A stretch of 64,000 nucleotides of DNA from an uncultured Verrucomicrobiota bacterium (GTDB lineage Bacteria; Verrucomicrobiota; Verrucomicrobiia; Limisphaerales; UBA8199), in assembly GCA_964653485.1 (NCBI GenBank), contig CAZZFF010000013.1:1589-65588 (forward strand), in the 5' to 3' direction. Position numbers and translations under genes: made by a program. A model generated the notes under the pieces. That model worked only from the letters and a program-made list of their open reading frames with translations, did not search any database and was not told the origin of the DNA. Positions 55,816 to 64,000 of the stretch are shown here, in pieces (the first letter of the stretch is position 1; the number at the start of each line of letters is the position of its first letter).

Positions 55816-56538
55816 ATGCGCAACATACTTTCCTCGTGTCGGGTTCCTTTCGCTGCGCCGCTCTTCCTGGGCGCCGTGGCCATCGTTCTCACCGGCTGCT
55901 CATCGAGCAAGCCCAAAGAAGCCGCGGAGCAGCACCGCGGCTGGATTGGGGGCCGGTACCAGGTCGTCAAGCAGTTCCCCCCGGAATTCAAGCACCCGCC
56001 AAAGGCCGCCCTGCTTATCACGGCTCTAAGGACCAACACCCCGGCTCAGCTAGCCGGCCTGGGCGAGGGCGATCTCATCCTCGAACTGAATCATCAGCCC
56101 GCGACGCGGCTGCGGACGTTGTACCGGACCGTTGATCGGAGTAACCCCGGGACCTTGCTCCCCGTCACAACCTGGCGCAACGGGCGAACAAACGAGGTTC
56201 GGGTGCCTGTGGGACGTGAGACTTATGCCAGAAGGGTCGCCTTCGGGATTGGGCTCCCGCCCAAATTTGCGGCATTGGACTTTTTGCCAAACCCCGATTT
56301 TTCGTTGGTAGTCCTTGGCTATGAAACGGAATCCCTGGACAGCCGATTGGACCTTGGCTGCGCCAGCGAAAGGTACTTCAAGACGTGCGATCCAAAGAAC
56401 TACGTGGGCAAAGACGAAGACTGGAGCGTCTGGCTGGCGGTCCTGTGGACTGACGTCACCAAGCAAATCCACTCTCAAGAGAATGTTGCTCCGCGCGCTG
56501 CCCCCCAACTACCGATTCCCGCCGCTGTTTCCCGATAA
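55816..56538 (+). CDS. Lipoprotein with PDZ-like domain
   Basis: ATG at 55816 gives MRNILSSCRVPFAAPLFLGAVAIVLTGC (lipobox). PDZ-like segment: ALLITALRTNTPAQLAGLGEGDLILELNHQP. Confidence 0.75.
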   Translation: MRNILSSCRVPFAAPLFLGAVAIVLTGCSSSKPKEAAEQHRGWIGGRYQVVKQFPPEFKHPPKAALLITALRTNTPAQLAGLGEGDLILELNHQPATRLRTLYRTVDRSNPGTLLPVTTWRNGRTNEVRVPVGRETYARRVAFGIGLPPKFAALDFLPNPDFSLVVLGYETESLDSRLDLGCASERYFKTCDPKNYVGKDEDWSVWLAVLWTDVTKQIHSQENVAPRAAPQLPIPAAVSR

Positions 56539-56539
56539 C

Positions 56540-56847
56540 CCCGCCACCAGGATTTCCTGTCAATGCGTTGCCAAGGCCACCGAGGCGGGCTGGTGCAGCA
56601 TTCCCAGTTCCGTCAGCGGGGGATTCCGACAATTTGGCCACTGGCGAACCTACCGTCGTTGATGGCGCGGGTGAGCCTTAAACACCCGCGGCAGGTTGCC
56701 TTGCCCCTCCATGTCCGGGACGAAGGTCTTTACGGAATCGCCAGGGTCTTTGCAAATTCGGTCCTGGGCGGCAAGTTGCTTGGTATGGGTGTCGTAACCG
56801 CCCTGAGACACATAGAAGACTCGCGTGGTGTCACGGTTTGCCCCGTT
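56540..56847 (-). pseudogene. DUF1501-family gene fragment (frame-shifted remnant)
   Basis: Own translation of 56847..56650: NGANRDTTRVFYVSQGGYDTHTKQLAAQDRICKDPGDSVKTFVPDMEGQGNLPRVFK...*. It carries the GG(W/F/Y)DTH core typical of DUF1501. The next frame continues KLSESPADGTGNAAPARLGG, which resembles FSEFGR..GTDHG.A.P....GG. Confidence 0.45.
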
Positions 56848-57173
56848 TCATCTTCGAGCGAGGCACAAGATGCGCAGATATTAGGATTTCCTCTGGAAGC
56901 CTCCCCAGATTCGGATATGCTCCCACCACAGCAGCGGCAAAAGGTCGGGTTCATTCGATGGTTCCCTATGGCAAGAGGAATGTTAAACCACGGTCAGCCC
57001 TGTCGCCTATGGGGTAACCAGCCCACGCCGGGAATAAGGAAGAGACAGGGGCCGAAGTCGTTCAATTCGGCACGCCAAATTGACGCTGAATGTACAGGCA
57101 CTCGCCACCAAGATCGCGCCCTTGGCGGTTGGACCCCTGCCAAAGGCGCCTATGGCCCTCTTGTGCCCCGCTC

Positions 57174-58907
57174 TCAGAGGGGCAGGGTTACGGTGACAAT
57201 GGCTCCGCCTGCAGGCGGGGATTTGATCTTGACCTTGCCGTGGTGGGTCTCGACGACGCGGCCGACAATAGCCAGGCCGAGGCCGGTGCCGGTAGTCTTG
57301 GTGGTGCCCAGGACCGAAGTAAAAGCGCGCCGGCGCTGGTCCTCGGTCATTCCCGGCCCGGTGTCGGCGAACTCGACGGCCACATGGGTTGGGCGCCCGG
57401 CGTGGCGCGGGGTCGAAAGGGACCGGGAGGAGATGGTGAGTGTGCCGCCCGCCGGCATGGCCTGGGCGGCATTGAGAATGAGGTTGAGAAAGGCCTGTTC
57501 GAGTTGCGGGGCATCCCCCATGACGGGCGGGAGGGCGGGCTGGAGGCGGCGTTCCAGTTGGACGTTCTGGTGCTTGAGTTTGTGGCGGACCAGCAGGCCC
57601 AATTCATCGATCAGTTCATTCAGGTTGACCGGGGCCATGTGAGGCTCGGTGGTGCGGGCGAAATCGAGGATCTGCTCGACGATTCGGTTGAGGTGTTCGA
57701 TCTTTTCGCCGATCATGCTGGCGTCTTTGCCGCGCGGGTCGCCTTGGGGGAACTTCAGGTCGAGGGAGTGGTAGAGGAGCTTGATGACGGTGAGCGGGTT
57801 GCGGATTTCGTGGGCGACCTCGGCGGCGAGGAGGCCGAGCGCCGCGAGCTTTTCGTTGAGACGCAACTGTTCTTCGACATCCACGACCCGTTCGTAGAGG
57901 CGGGCCTTGTGGATGGCGATGGCCGACAGCTCGGCCAGGGCGGAGACGATGCGAACCTCCTCGTTGGAGAAGCTGTAGGGCCGGCCGGTATAGACGCTGA
58001 GGGTGCCGATGGCCTGGCCGGTGAAGACCAGGGGGACGCTCAACAAGGCCACCAAACCCTCAAGCCGCGCCACCTCGACGTGCTGGTAACGGCTGGAGAC
58101 CCGGACATCTTCGATCTGGATCGGCTTTTTTCGCCTCACCACGATGCCCAGGAGGCTGTCTTCAGTGCTGAGCCTCGGCTTGCCAAGGTAGGCGGGACCC
58201 GCGCCGTAACTGGCCCGGAGGTCCAGCCACTGGCCGGTGGGGTCCAGCAGCATGAGCGAGCACATTTTGGCCCGCATCAGGACGGAGGCCTCTTGGGTAA
58301 TGACCTTCAGGGCGTCATCGAGGTTGAGAGTGGAGTTGATGGTCTGGCTGACGGTGAACAGCGACTCGAAGAGGCCGACCTTGAGGCGGAGTTGCTCGTA
58401 AAGCCAGGTATTCTGGATGACGCTGGCGGCCTGGGTGGCGAGCGCCTCGAGCAATTCCTGGTCGTCGGCGGTGAAGGCCTCCGCCATGTCCGAATCCACG
58501 TTGAGGACGCCGCGGACCTGGCCCTTGACTTCGAGGGGGACAGCCAATTCGGAGCGGACCTCCGGGCGGACCATGATGTAGCGGCGATCCTGGGTCACGT
58601 CTCCCACGCGCGCCGCCTTGCCGCTGCGGGCCACCCAGCCGGTGAGGCCGGCGCCCATCGGCAACCTGAGCCGGGCGGCCTGGGCGGAGAGCCCGTGGGA
58701 GGCGTGAATCTCCAGCAGGCCGTTTGTGGGATTGAGGAGGACCATCGAGCCGCTGGAGGCGCGCATGAGGCGCACCGCTTCCTTCAGGATGAGCTGGAGC
58801 GCCTCCTGGGCATCGAGCGTGGAATGAATCACGCTGGCGACCTGGCTAAGCTGGCTCAACCGCTCGTAGCGAGCCCGCAACTGGGCAAGTTCATCCGGCT
58901 GGTTCAT
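57174..58907 (-). CDS. Cytoplasmic histidine kinase with two GAF domains
   Basis: 577-aa ORF. GAF motifs: GLTGWVARSGKAARVGDV and AVPLEVKGQVRGVLNVDS. H-box: LAAEVAHEIRNPLTV. G-box: GTGLGLAIVGRVV. Confidence 0.9.
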   Translation of the reverse strand: MNQPDELAQLRARYERLSQLSQVASVIHSTLDAQEALQLILKEAVRLMRASSGSMVLLNPTNGLLEIHASHGLSAQAARLRLPMGAGLTGWVARSGKAARVGDVTQDRRYIMVRPEVRSELAVPLEVKGQVRGVLNVDSDMAEAFTADDQELLEALATQAASVIQNTWLYEQLRLKVGLFESLFTVSQTINSTLNLDDALKVITQEASVLMRAKMCSLMLLDPTGQWLDLRASYGAGPAYLGKPRLSTEDSLLGIVVRRKKPIQIEDVRVSSRYQHVEVARLEGLVALLSVPLVFTGQAIGTLSVYTGRPYSFSNEEVRIVSALAELSAIAIHKARLYERVVDVEEQLRLNEKLAALGLLAAEVAHEIRNPLTVIKLLYHSLDLKFPQGDPRGKDASMIGEKIEHLNRIVEQILDFARTTEPHMAPVNLNELIDELGLLVRHKLKHQNVQLERRLQPALPPVMGDAPQLEQAFLNLILNAAQAMPAGGTLTISSRSLSTPRHAGRPTHVAVEFADTGPGMTEDQRRRAFTSVLGTTKTTGTGLGLAIVGRVVETHHGKVKIKSPPAGGAIVTVTLPL

Positions 58908-58919
58908 AAAGCGGGGTTA

Positions 58920-59081
58920 GGCGTCACGAAAGAATCACATGAACAATTATGGCGCAGGAGTTTTGGCCGCTGGCAAGGCGCGAGCGAGGCGCATATCCAA
59001 GGCGATCTGCAACGAGCGAGCAACGCCGCCTGCGGCCAAAAAAACCAGCCAGAAGTGTTCATGTTGTTTTTTCGTGACGCC
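58920..59081. mobile_element. Full-length (162-bp) MITE-like nested-palindrome element (copy A)
   Basis: The outer arm GGCGTCACGAAAGAATCACATGAACA pairs with TGTTCATGTTGTTTTTTCGTGACGCC. The inner stem TTTTGGCCGCTGGC..GGCG (58961-58980) pairs with CGCCGCCTGCGGCCAAAA (59024-59041). The element fills the gap between the lptG-like stop (59082) and the kinase start (58907). Confidence 0.6.
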
Positions 59082-60215
59082 TTAGCGGATGCGGGCGGTG
59101 AGAAGGAGCCCGACGAGGCCGAAAGAGAGGTTGGGCAGCCAGCCCGCCAGCCACGGCTGCAAATAACCGCCGGTGCCCAGGGCCAAGGCAAGCTGCTGAA
59201 CCACGAAATAGACAAAGCAGATGACGATGCTGCCGGCAACGCCCATGAACACGTTGCGCCGGCCTGAGACGGCGCCGAAGGGAATCGCGATCAGCACCAC
59301 GACCACGGAGGTCCAGGGCGCAGCCAGGCGGCCTTGGAGCTTGGTGTAAAGCCACGAGCGGCTGGAGGGAGACGGGTTGGGGTGCAGGCGCAGGTAGTTG
59401 AGAATCTCGGCGATCGACATGTCGGATTTCTTGGTCTTGGCGGCGCCGGGCAGGGCTAGGCTGCTGCCGATCTTGATTTCGCTCTTGATCTGCTCCGGCG
59501 TCTCGGAAAACTCGGGCATCGCCAGGAGATTGGTCTGGAGCACCGGCACCGGCGGCATGTTAGTGCGCATGTCGGTCTTGAATTCCTCGGCGTCGTAGAA
59601 CGTCCAGACGCCGTGGAGGCGGGCGGCGCGCCGGGCATGGAGTTGGATGTGGGCACCCTCCGTGTCGCGCCAGCCGACCATCGGGTTGATCATCTCGCCG
59701 GTGACGGTGTTGTAAAGCCCGATGAACCAGTCCCGCCCGTCGCGCTCGTTCATGAGGGGCAACCCGCGAGCCTCGCCGGGTTTCTGCGCGCCTGCGCCGG
59801 GTCCAAGGCGCCGTGCCAGGATGCGTTTGGCGGCGTCGGCGCTGTCTGGGACGCACAGTTCATTGAGGGCAAGCGACGCCAGGCTGATGATCAACCCGAC
59901 GGCCAGGTAGGGCAACACCAGCCGCCACAGGCTCACCCCGGCGACTCGGGCGGCGGTGAGTTCGTTGTGTCGGGCGTGGTTGGTCAGGCTATAGAGCAGG
60001 GCCAGCAGCAGAGTCACCGGCAGGATTACAACCAGGATTTCCGGGGCCTGAACGACGTAATACTGGACGATGTCCCGGCCCAGAAGACCGTTCTTCTGGA
60101 AATCGTTCAAGTTGGCGAACACGTCGAAGGCGATCCAGAATATCAGGAACCCGCCCAGGCAGTAGCCGAGCGGGATGAGCAGTTCGCGCAAAAAATAACG
60201 GTCCAAAAGGCGCAT
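59082..60215 (-). CDS. LptF/LptG-family (YjgP/YjgQ) permease
   Basis: ATG at 60215 gives MRLLDRYFLRELLIPLGYCLGGFLIFWIAFD, the typical LptF/G N-terminus. It has 6 TM segments with a central periplasmic domain. Confidence 0.85.
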   Translation of the reverse strand: MRLLDRYFLRELLIPLGYCLGGFLIFWIAFDVFANLNDFQKNGLLGRDIVQYYVVQAPEILVVILPVTLLLALLYSLTNHARHNELTAARVAGVSLWRLVLPYLAVGLIISLASLALNELCVPDSADAAKRILARRLGPGAGAQKPGEARGLPLMNERDGRDWFIGLYNTVTGEMINPMVGWRDTEGAHIQLHARRAARLHGVWTFYDAEEFKTDMRTNMPPVPVLQTNLLAMPEFSETPEQIKSEIKIGSSLALPGAAKTKKSDMSIAEILNYLRLHPNPSPSSRSWLYTKLQGRLAAPWTSVVVVLIAIPFGAVSGRRNVFMGVAGSIVICFVYFVVQQLALALGTGGYLQPWLAGWLPNLSFGLVGLLLTARIR

Positions 60216-60361
60216 TGGGCTCAAGCTTACCAACGCGCGGTCTCAAAGCAAGCGGCGCAATTGTGCCTGCTATCCCGCCTCCGACGCCTCATGCGCAAAA
60301 AGAAACTGCTATTGAAAAGGGGGGCGGTTGATGGTACAACTGGCCGGAGTTTGTTAAGGCT

Positions 60362-62749
60362 GTGTTGACCGAATCCGCGCAAGTAGAGCTACAACCGAGG
60401 CGACAAGACAAGGCGCCTGCGTCCGCTGAGAGCGAGGGGCCTTCGACCTTCGCGTCCGCCGCGCCGGCGGAGCGGGGTTCGCCTCGGCCGCCCGCGGCGG
60501 CCGCCCGGCTGCAGGGCCCCTATGGCTGGCCGGTTCCTTCCTCGTTGTCCCCCAACCCGGCGGAGGGGCGATCCCGCATCCCGCTGCCGGAGTTCGACGC
60601 GCTGTTGCTGGAAAAGGCGCGCGTGATCGCGGGGCACTTCCCGGCCGCGGAGGCGCAATACCGTTACCTGTCCGGGAGCGGACCGGGCGCCCAGCATCCG
60701 GAGACCCCCCACTTTGAAAGAGTGTTCCGCCTCGCAAGCTCGATGGGCGGCGTGGAGGACCCCCAGGACGCCCCGGACTACGACGCGCTTTTGATACTCA
60801 CGGCCTGGCACTGCGTGCGGCCCGGCGTGGAAGGGTTTCTTGGTTCCTACCCCAAAGCGCTGCTCTGCCCGCTATGCCATAGCGCCCCGCCGAGGGCGCT
60901 GGCCGCGCTCTCCGCGCGGGAGCATTCCATTTTCGAGCGGCGCGCGCCGGTTTATCTGCGTTACTTGCTGTGCGAGAAATTCGGGTTGCGCACGTGCGCG
61001 GAAATCGAGAATGCGGACTTGCGGCACCTGCTCAGGAGCGTGGGCTTTCGCCTGGTCCGTTCGAGCCTCGTCGCCGAGGTCGCCTTTCCGGGCATCACGG
61101 GAGGGGAAGACCCGCCGGTCCGGCCTTGGAAACTGACACTAAGGCAGGAGCTAAGCGACGAGCGGGCAGCGGAATTGCTGATCGTGGCGGCGCTGTGGAA
61201 GATCAAGTACGAGTTGCGGATGGTGACCCTCCAAGAGGGCGCGGCGCATTGGAACATCGGCGCCTTCGCGCGGACGGACTGGGAAGACGCCTTTCTTTCA
61301 TTGGGGGTCCGGGTTCCTCACTCGCTGCTGCGCGAGAGCGGGCTGATGGATTGGCGGGCGGTGCTCACGCGCTGCATCGAGCAAATCGGGTGCGGAAACC
61401 TGCCGCCGGAAGTCCTGGGAAGGGTGTCCGCGTGGCCTCGGCGGATTTGTCATGATCGGGGCCAGGCAATTTGGGAAGGGCTGGACCAAATCGCCCGGCG
61501 GGTCATGGAACGAGTGCGGGTGGCGGAGCCGCGGCTTTTCAGGGAGAACGGCGGGCTGGACTACGAATTGGCCCGTTGCTTTCGCGGCTGGGCCGGGCTG
61601 TTCGACGAGGTGTCTCCGCAGATCCTCTCGAGGCTGGGGGTGTCCGCCTTCACGGCGCTGCACCGGGTGGCGCCGGAGTATTTTGGGTGGGACTCGACAC
61701 AGCTCAAGCCGTGGGAGCTGGAGCAGGAGTACGGAAAATGGAAAGGACCTCGGGGCCGCGCGATGCTCAGGAGCGCCTATGCGTACGCGCTTTACGAGAG
61801 CGGCTTGGGCTGTATATGCCGGCAGGAGGAGCAAGTGGTGTGGCAATGCGGCCTCAACGAGTTCTCCGAGTGGTACTCGAATCTCACGGTCCAAAACAAC
61901 GTGACCGCGTATGACCTTCTCTACGGCCTGGCGAGCCGTCACGGGCTGACGCCGCTGCTGACTCGGGAGGTCACGCACACCGCGGCGGTCTCACTTCTGG
62001 CGGGCATGAACCTGCACGAGAAGCTGCCCAGGATCGAGGGATGCTGGGAACTGTGCATGCGCGCCGCCCTGGAACATCACGGCGGAAAGATCGAGGTCCG
62101 GCTCGTCGTGCCCGATTTGGTGCCGCTGCCGTTGCGTCTGCGCAAGGCGGTGCTTGCCCCGCTCAGCTACACTTACCTTCATAAGGAGCTGCGGCTGGTG
62201 CGGGACTTCGACCGGCGGATGGCGCGGGAAGCCCGGCGGTCGCTCGAGGAAATTCCGGGGTGGTGGGAAGACGAGCGCGTCATGGGAACGCCGCTGGAGG
62301 GGCGTCTGAGCCTGGCCTCGGACCCGGCCGTGACGGTGCTCCGCGTGCTGCGTCCGGAGCCTTGGCTGGAGCCGCCGCCGCAAAGGAGGATTCGCTTCCA
62401 GGCCCTCTACCTGCTGCTCTCCAAGCGGGCGACCTCCCGTGCCGTCCCCGGGGAAGGCGGGCTTTGCTCGGAGGAAATGCGGGTCATTCTCCGGCTGGCC
62501 TTCGAGGGGGCCTTGGAGCATACGAACATCGTGCAGGTGTCTCTCCCGGCGATCCGAAGCGGTTTCGAGCGCATCCTGGCCCGCGAAGATACCCGCGAGA
62601 TGCTCGACTCACTCCTGCTGCACATTGGCGCCGCTTATGAGACCGAAATCTGGGGCCGAGTGCGCAAGTTCATCGTCCTGGACGCCATCAACGACCTGCT
62701 GGCGCTCACGATTCGGAGTTCGCTGCTGCACTTGATGAGCGCCGATTGA
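60362..62749 (+). CDS. Large (about 795-aa) orphan cytoplasmic protein, no recognisable domain
   Basis: Uninterrupted ORF from GTG 60362; the first in-frame ATG is about 127 codons later. No signal peptide or TM segment. Trp/Arg/Cys-rich, with CPLCH and CICRQEEQVVWQC motifs. Start uncertain. Confidence 0.7.
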   Translation: MLTESAQVELQPRRQDKAPASAESEGPSTFASAAPAERGSPRPPAAAARLQGPYGWPVPSSLSPNPAEGRSRIPLPEFDALLLEKARVIAGHFPAAEAQYRYLSGSGPGAQHPETPHFERVFRLASSMGGVEDPQDAPDYDALLILTAWHCVRPGVEGFLGSYPKALLCPLCHSAPPRALAALSAREHSIFERRAPVYLRYLLCEKFGLRTCAEIENADLRHLLRSVGFRLVRSSLVAEVAFPGITGGEDPPVRPWKLTLRQELSDERAAELLIVAALWKIKYELRMVTLQEGAAHWNIGAFARTDWEDAFLSLGVRVPHSLLRESGLMDWRAVLTRCIEQIGCGNLPPEVLGRVSAWPRRICHDRGQAIWEGLDQIARRVMERVRVAEPRLFRENGGLDYELARCFRGWAGLFDEVSPQILSRLGVSAFTALHRVAPEYFGWDSTQLKPWELEQEYGKWKGPRGRAMLRSAYAYALYESGLGCICRQEEQVVWQCGLNEFSEWYSNLTVQNNVTAYDLLYGLASRHGLTPLLTREVTHTAAVSLLAGMNLHEKLPRIEGCWELCMRAALEHHGGKIEVRLVVPDLVPLPLRLRKAVLAPLSYTYLHKELRLVRDFDRRMAREARRSLEEIPGWWEDERVMGTPLEGRLSLASDPAVTVLRVLRPEPWLEPPPQRRIRFQALYLLLSKRATSRAVPGEGGLCSEEMRVILRLAFEGALEHTNIVQVSLPAIRSGFERILAREDTREMLDSLLLHIGAAYETEIWGRVRKFIVLDAINDLLALTIRSSLLHLMSAD

Positions 62750-62768
62750 GCGGGCCGGCCCCTAAGGG

Positions 62769-62917
62769 CCGTTACGAAATAACATTTACAATATCACGCC
62801 GGGATTTTGGCGGCTGGCAAGGCGCGAGCGAGGAACATATCCCGGATCTGCGACGAGCGAGCAACGCCGCCAGCCGGCAAAAGACCAAGTCAGATTGTAA
62901 ATGTTATTTCGTAACGG
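62769..62917. mobile_element. Full-length (149-bp) MITE-like nested-palindrome element (copy B)
   Basis: Perfect 24-bp terminal inverted repeat: CCGTTACGAAATAACATTTACAAT / ATTGTAAATGTTATTTCGTAACGG. The inner stem and core are about 88% identical to copy A. CCTAAG is present on both flanks (62761-62766 and 62920-62925). Confidence 0.6.
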
Positions 62918-62920
62918 CTC

Positions 62921-64000
62921 CTAAGAGGGGGTTTCCGATGGCGCCTGGACGCCGCCGGGGTCCAACGGGAGCGTGAAGTGGAACGTGGCGCCGTGGCCGA
63001 GTTGGCTTTGGGCCCAGACGCGCCCGCCGTGGCTCTGGACAATGTGCTTGACGATGGCCAGGCCCAGCCCGGTGCCGCCCTGTTCGCGGGAGCGGGCTTT
63101 GTCGACGCGATAGAACCGCTCGAACAAACGGTCGAGCGACTCGGGCGGAAGTCCGGGGCCGTCGTCCCGGACCGAGATTTCGACTTGCCCGCCCGCTGCC
63201 AGGCATCCGCTGACGTTGACGTGTCCGCCCGTCCGACCGTACTTGATGGCGTTGTCCACCAGATTGCTCAGGACCTGCTCGAGCCGGCTCGGGTCGGCCC
63301 GCACTGCGAGGTCAGGGATTTCGTTGGACAGGCGCTGGTTTCCAGCCTCCGCGCGCGCCTTGAAGTCATCGAGGACTTTTTGCACCACCGAACGAAGCGG
63401 GACGGGCTGGAGATCGGGTTTGATGCGGCCGGATTCCAATTCGGAGATGACGAGCAAGTCCTCGATGAGCAATCGCAGCCGTTCGGTGTTGCGCTCGATG
63501 CTGCGGAGGAATTTGACGGCGACATCGGGGTTGTCCTTGGCGCCGTCCAGGAGGGTCTCGACGTAACCCTGGATGAGGGAGAGGGGGGTGCGGAGTTCGT
63601 GGCTGACATTGGCCACGAAGTCTTTGCGTGTGTTCTCGAGTTGCTTGACGCGGGTCAAGTCGTGCAAGACAAGGACGGTGCCCTCGCGCCGGCCCAGGCG
63701 GTTGAGGATCGCGGCCCCGTTGACCCCCAGCCAGCGCTCCGTCGGCCGGGAGAGGCGGATTTGCCTGCCGAGGACCTGCTTTTGGGTCCCCAGCACATCC
63801 ACCAACTCGGCCAGTTCATGCAGGCGCAAGGCCTCCAGGAGCGTGCGAGAGCGGACGTCGGAGGTCAACCCGAAGAGGTCAATGAACGCCCGGTTGGCCA
63901 GCAGGATTCGGCCATGCTCATCGAGCACGACCAATCCCTCGACCATGCTGTCGAACAATGCCTCCTGCTGCGTCTGAAGCTGAGTGAGGGCGCTCTGATG
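62921..64000 (-). CDS. PhoR-like sensor histidine kinase (PAS + HisKA + HATPase_c), 5' end outside window
   Basis: The frame stays open to the window edge. PAS: VVLDEHGRILLANRAFIDLFGL. H-box: VANVSHELRTPLSLIQGY. G-box: GGTGLGLAIVKHIV. Confidence 0.85.
   Translation of the reverse strand, partial: HQSALTQLQTQQEALFDSMVEGLVVLDEHGRILLANRAFIDLFGLTSDVRSRTLLEALRLHELAELVDVLGTQKQVLGRQIRLSRPTERWLGVNGAAILNRLGRREGTVLVLHDLTRVKQLENTRKDFVANVSHELRTPLSLIQGYVETLLDGAKDNPDVAVKFLRSIERNTERLRLLIEDLLVISELESGRIKPDLQPVPLRSVVQKVLDDFKARAEAGNQRLSNEIPDLAVRADPSRLEQVLSNLVDNAIKYGRTGGHVNVSGCLAAGGQVEISVRDDGPGLPPESLDRLFERFYRVDKARSREQGGTGLGLAIVKHIVQSHGGRVWAQSQLGHGATFHFTLPLDPGGVQAPSETPS

Noticed and set aside
58920-59081. Possible outward-facing promoter inside element copy A (TTGCCA-N19-CATAAT on the minus strand, pointing at the GAF kinase gene).
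   Set aside because: The spacer is too long for a canonical sigma-70 promoter. The same sequence in copies C and D points away from the adjacent gene starts, so this does not explain the family consistently.

Overview
High-GC bacterial chromosomal segment. Gene content suggests the PVC superphylum, most likely Verrucomicrobiota; this is an inference from three signal/TAT-bearing Gfo/Idh/MocA oxidoreductases, a DUF1501 remnant, malectin-type modules and a giant repeat exoprotein. I support about 33 intact protein genes and found no rRNA, tRNA or CRISPR array by eye. Main blocks: (1) a hicAB pair in which hicA carries an in-frame amber codon; (2) a 1887-aa secreted M6 (InhA-like) metalloprotease with four ~207-aa tandem repeats, two of them nearly identical at DNA level; (3) a cusCBA-type heavy-metal RND operon whose adaptor carries four CxxC metal-binding modules; (4) a 15-kb minus-strand arabinoxylan-utilisation locus (GH10, PA14-domain sensor kinase plus LuxR-type regulator, malectin protein, GH3, GPH symporter, CE1-malectin-GH51); (5) an OMF-MFP-RND operon translationally coupled to two tiny membrane-protein genes, next to a thioredoxin-like/rhodanese fusion gene; (6) two histidine kinases, an LptF/G permease and a 795-aa orphan protein. 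The two observations I rate highest are not genes. First, a MITE-like nested-palindrome element occurs in 4 copies, each just 3' of a stop codon, with co-varying arms and one compensatory stem substitution. Second, a shared 21-bp 7-4-7 palindrome lies upstream of both xylan transcription units that flank the PA14 kinase/regulator pair, making it a candidate operator. The window also holds many internally deleted gene remnants (ECF sigma, esterase, thioredoxin, DUF1501). All domain calls come from reading motifs in the translations; no database search was run.
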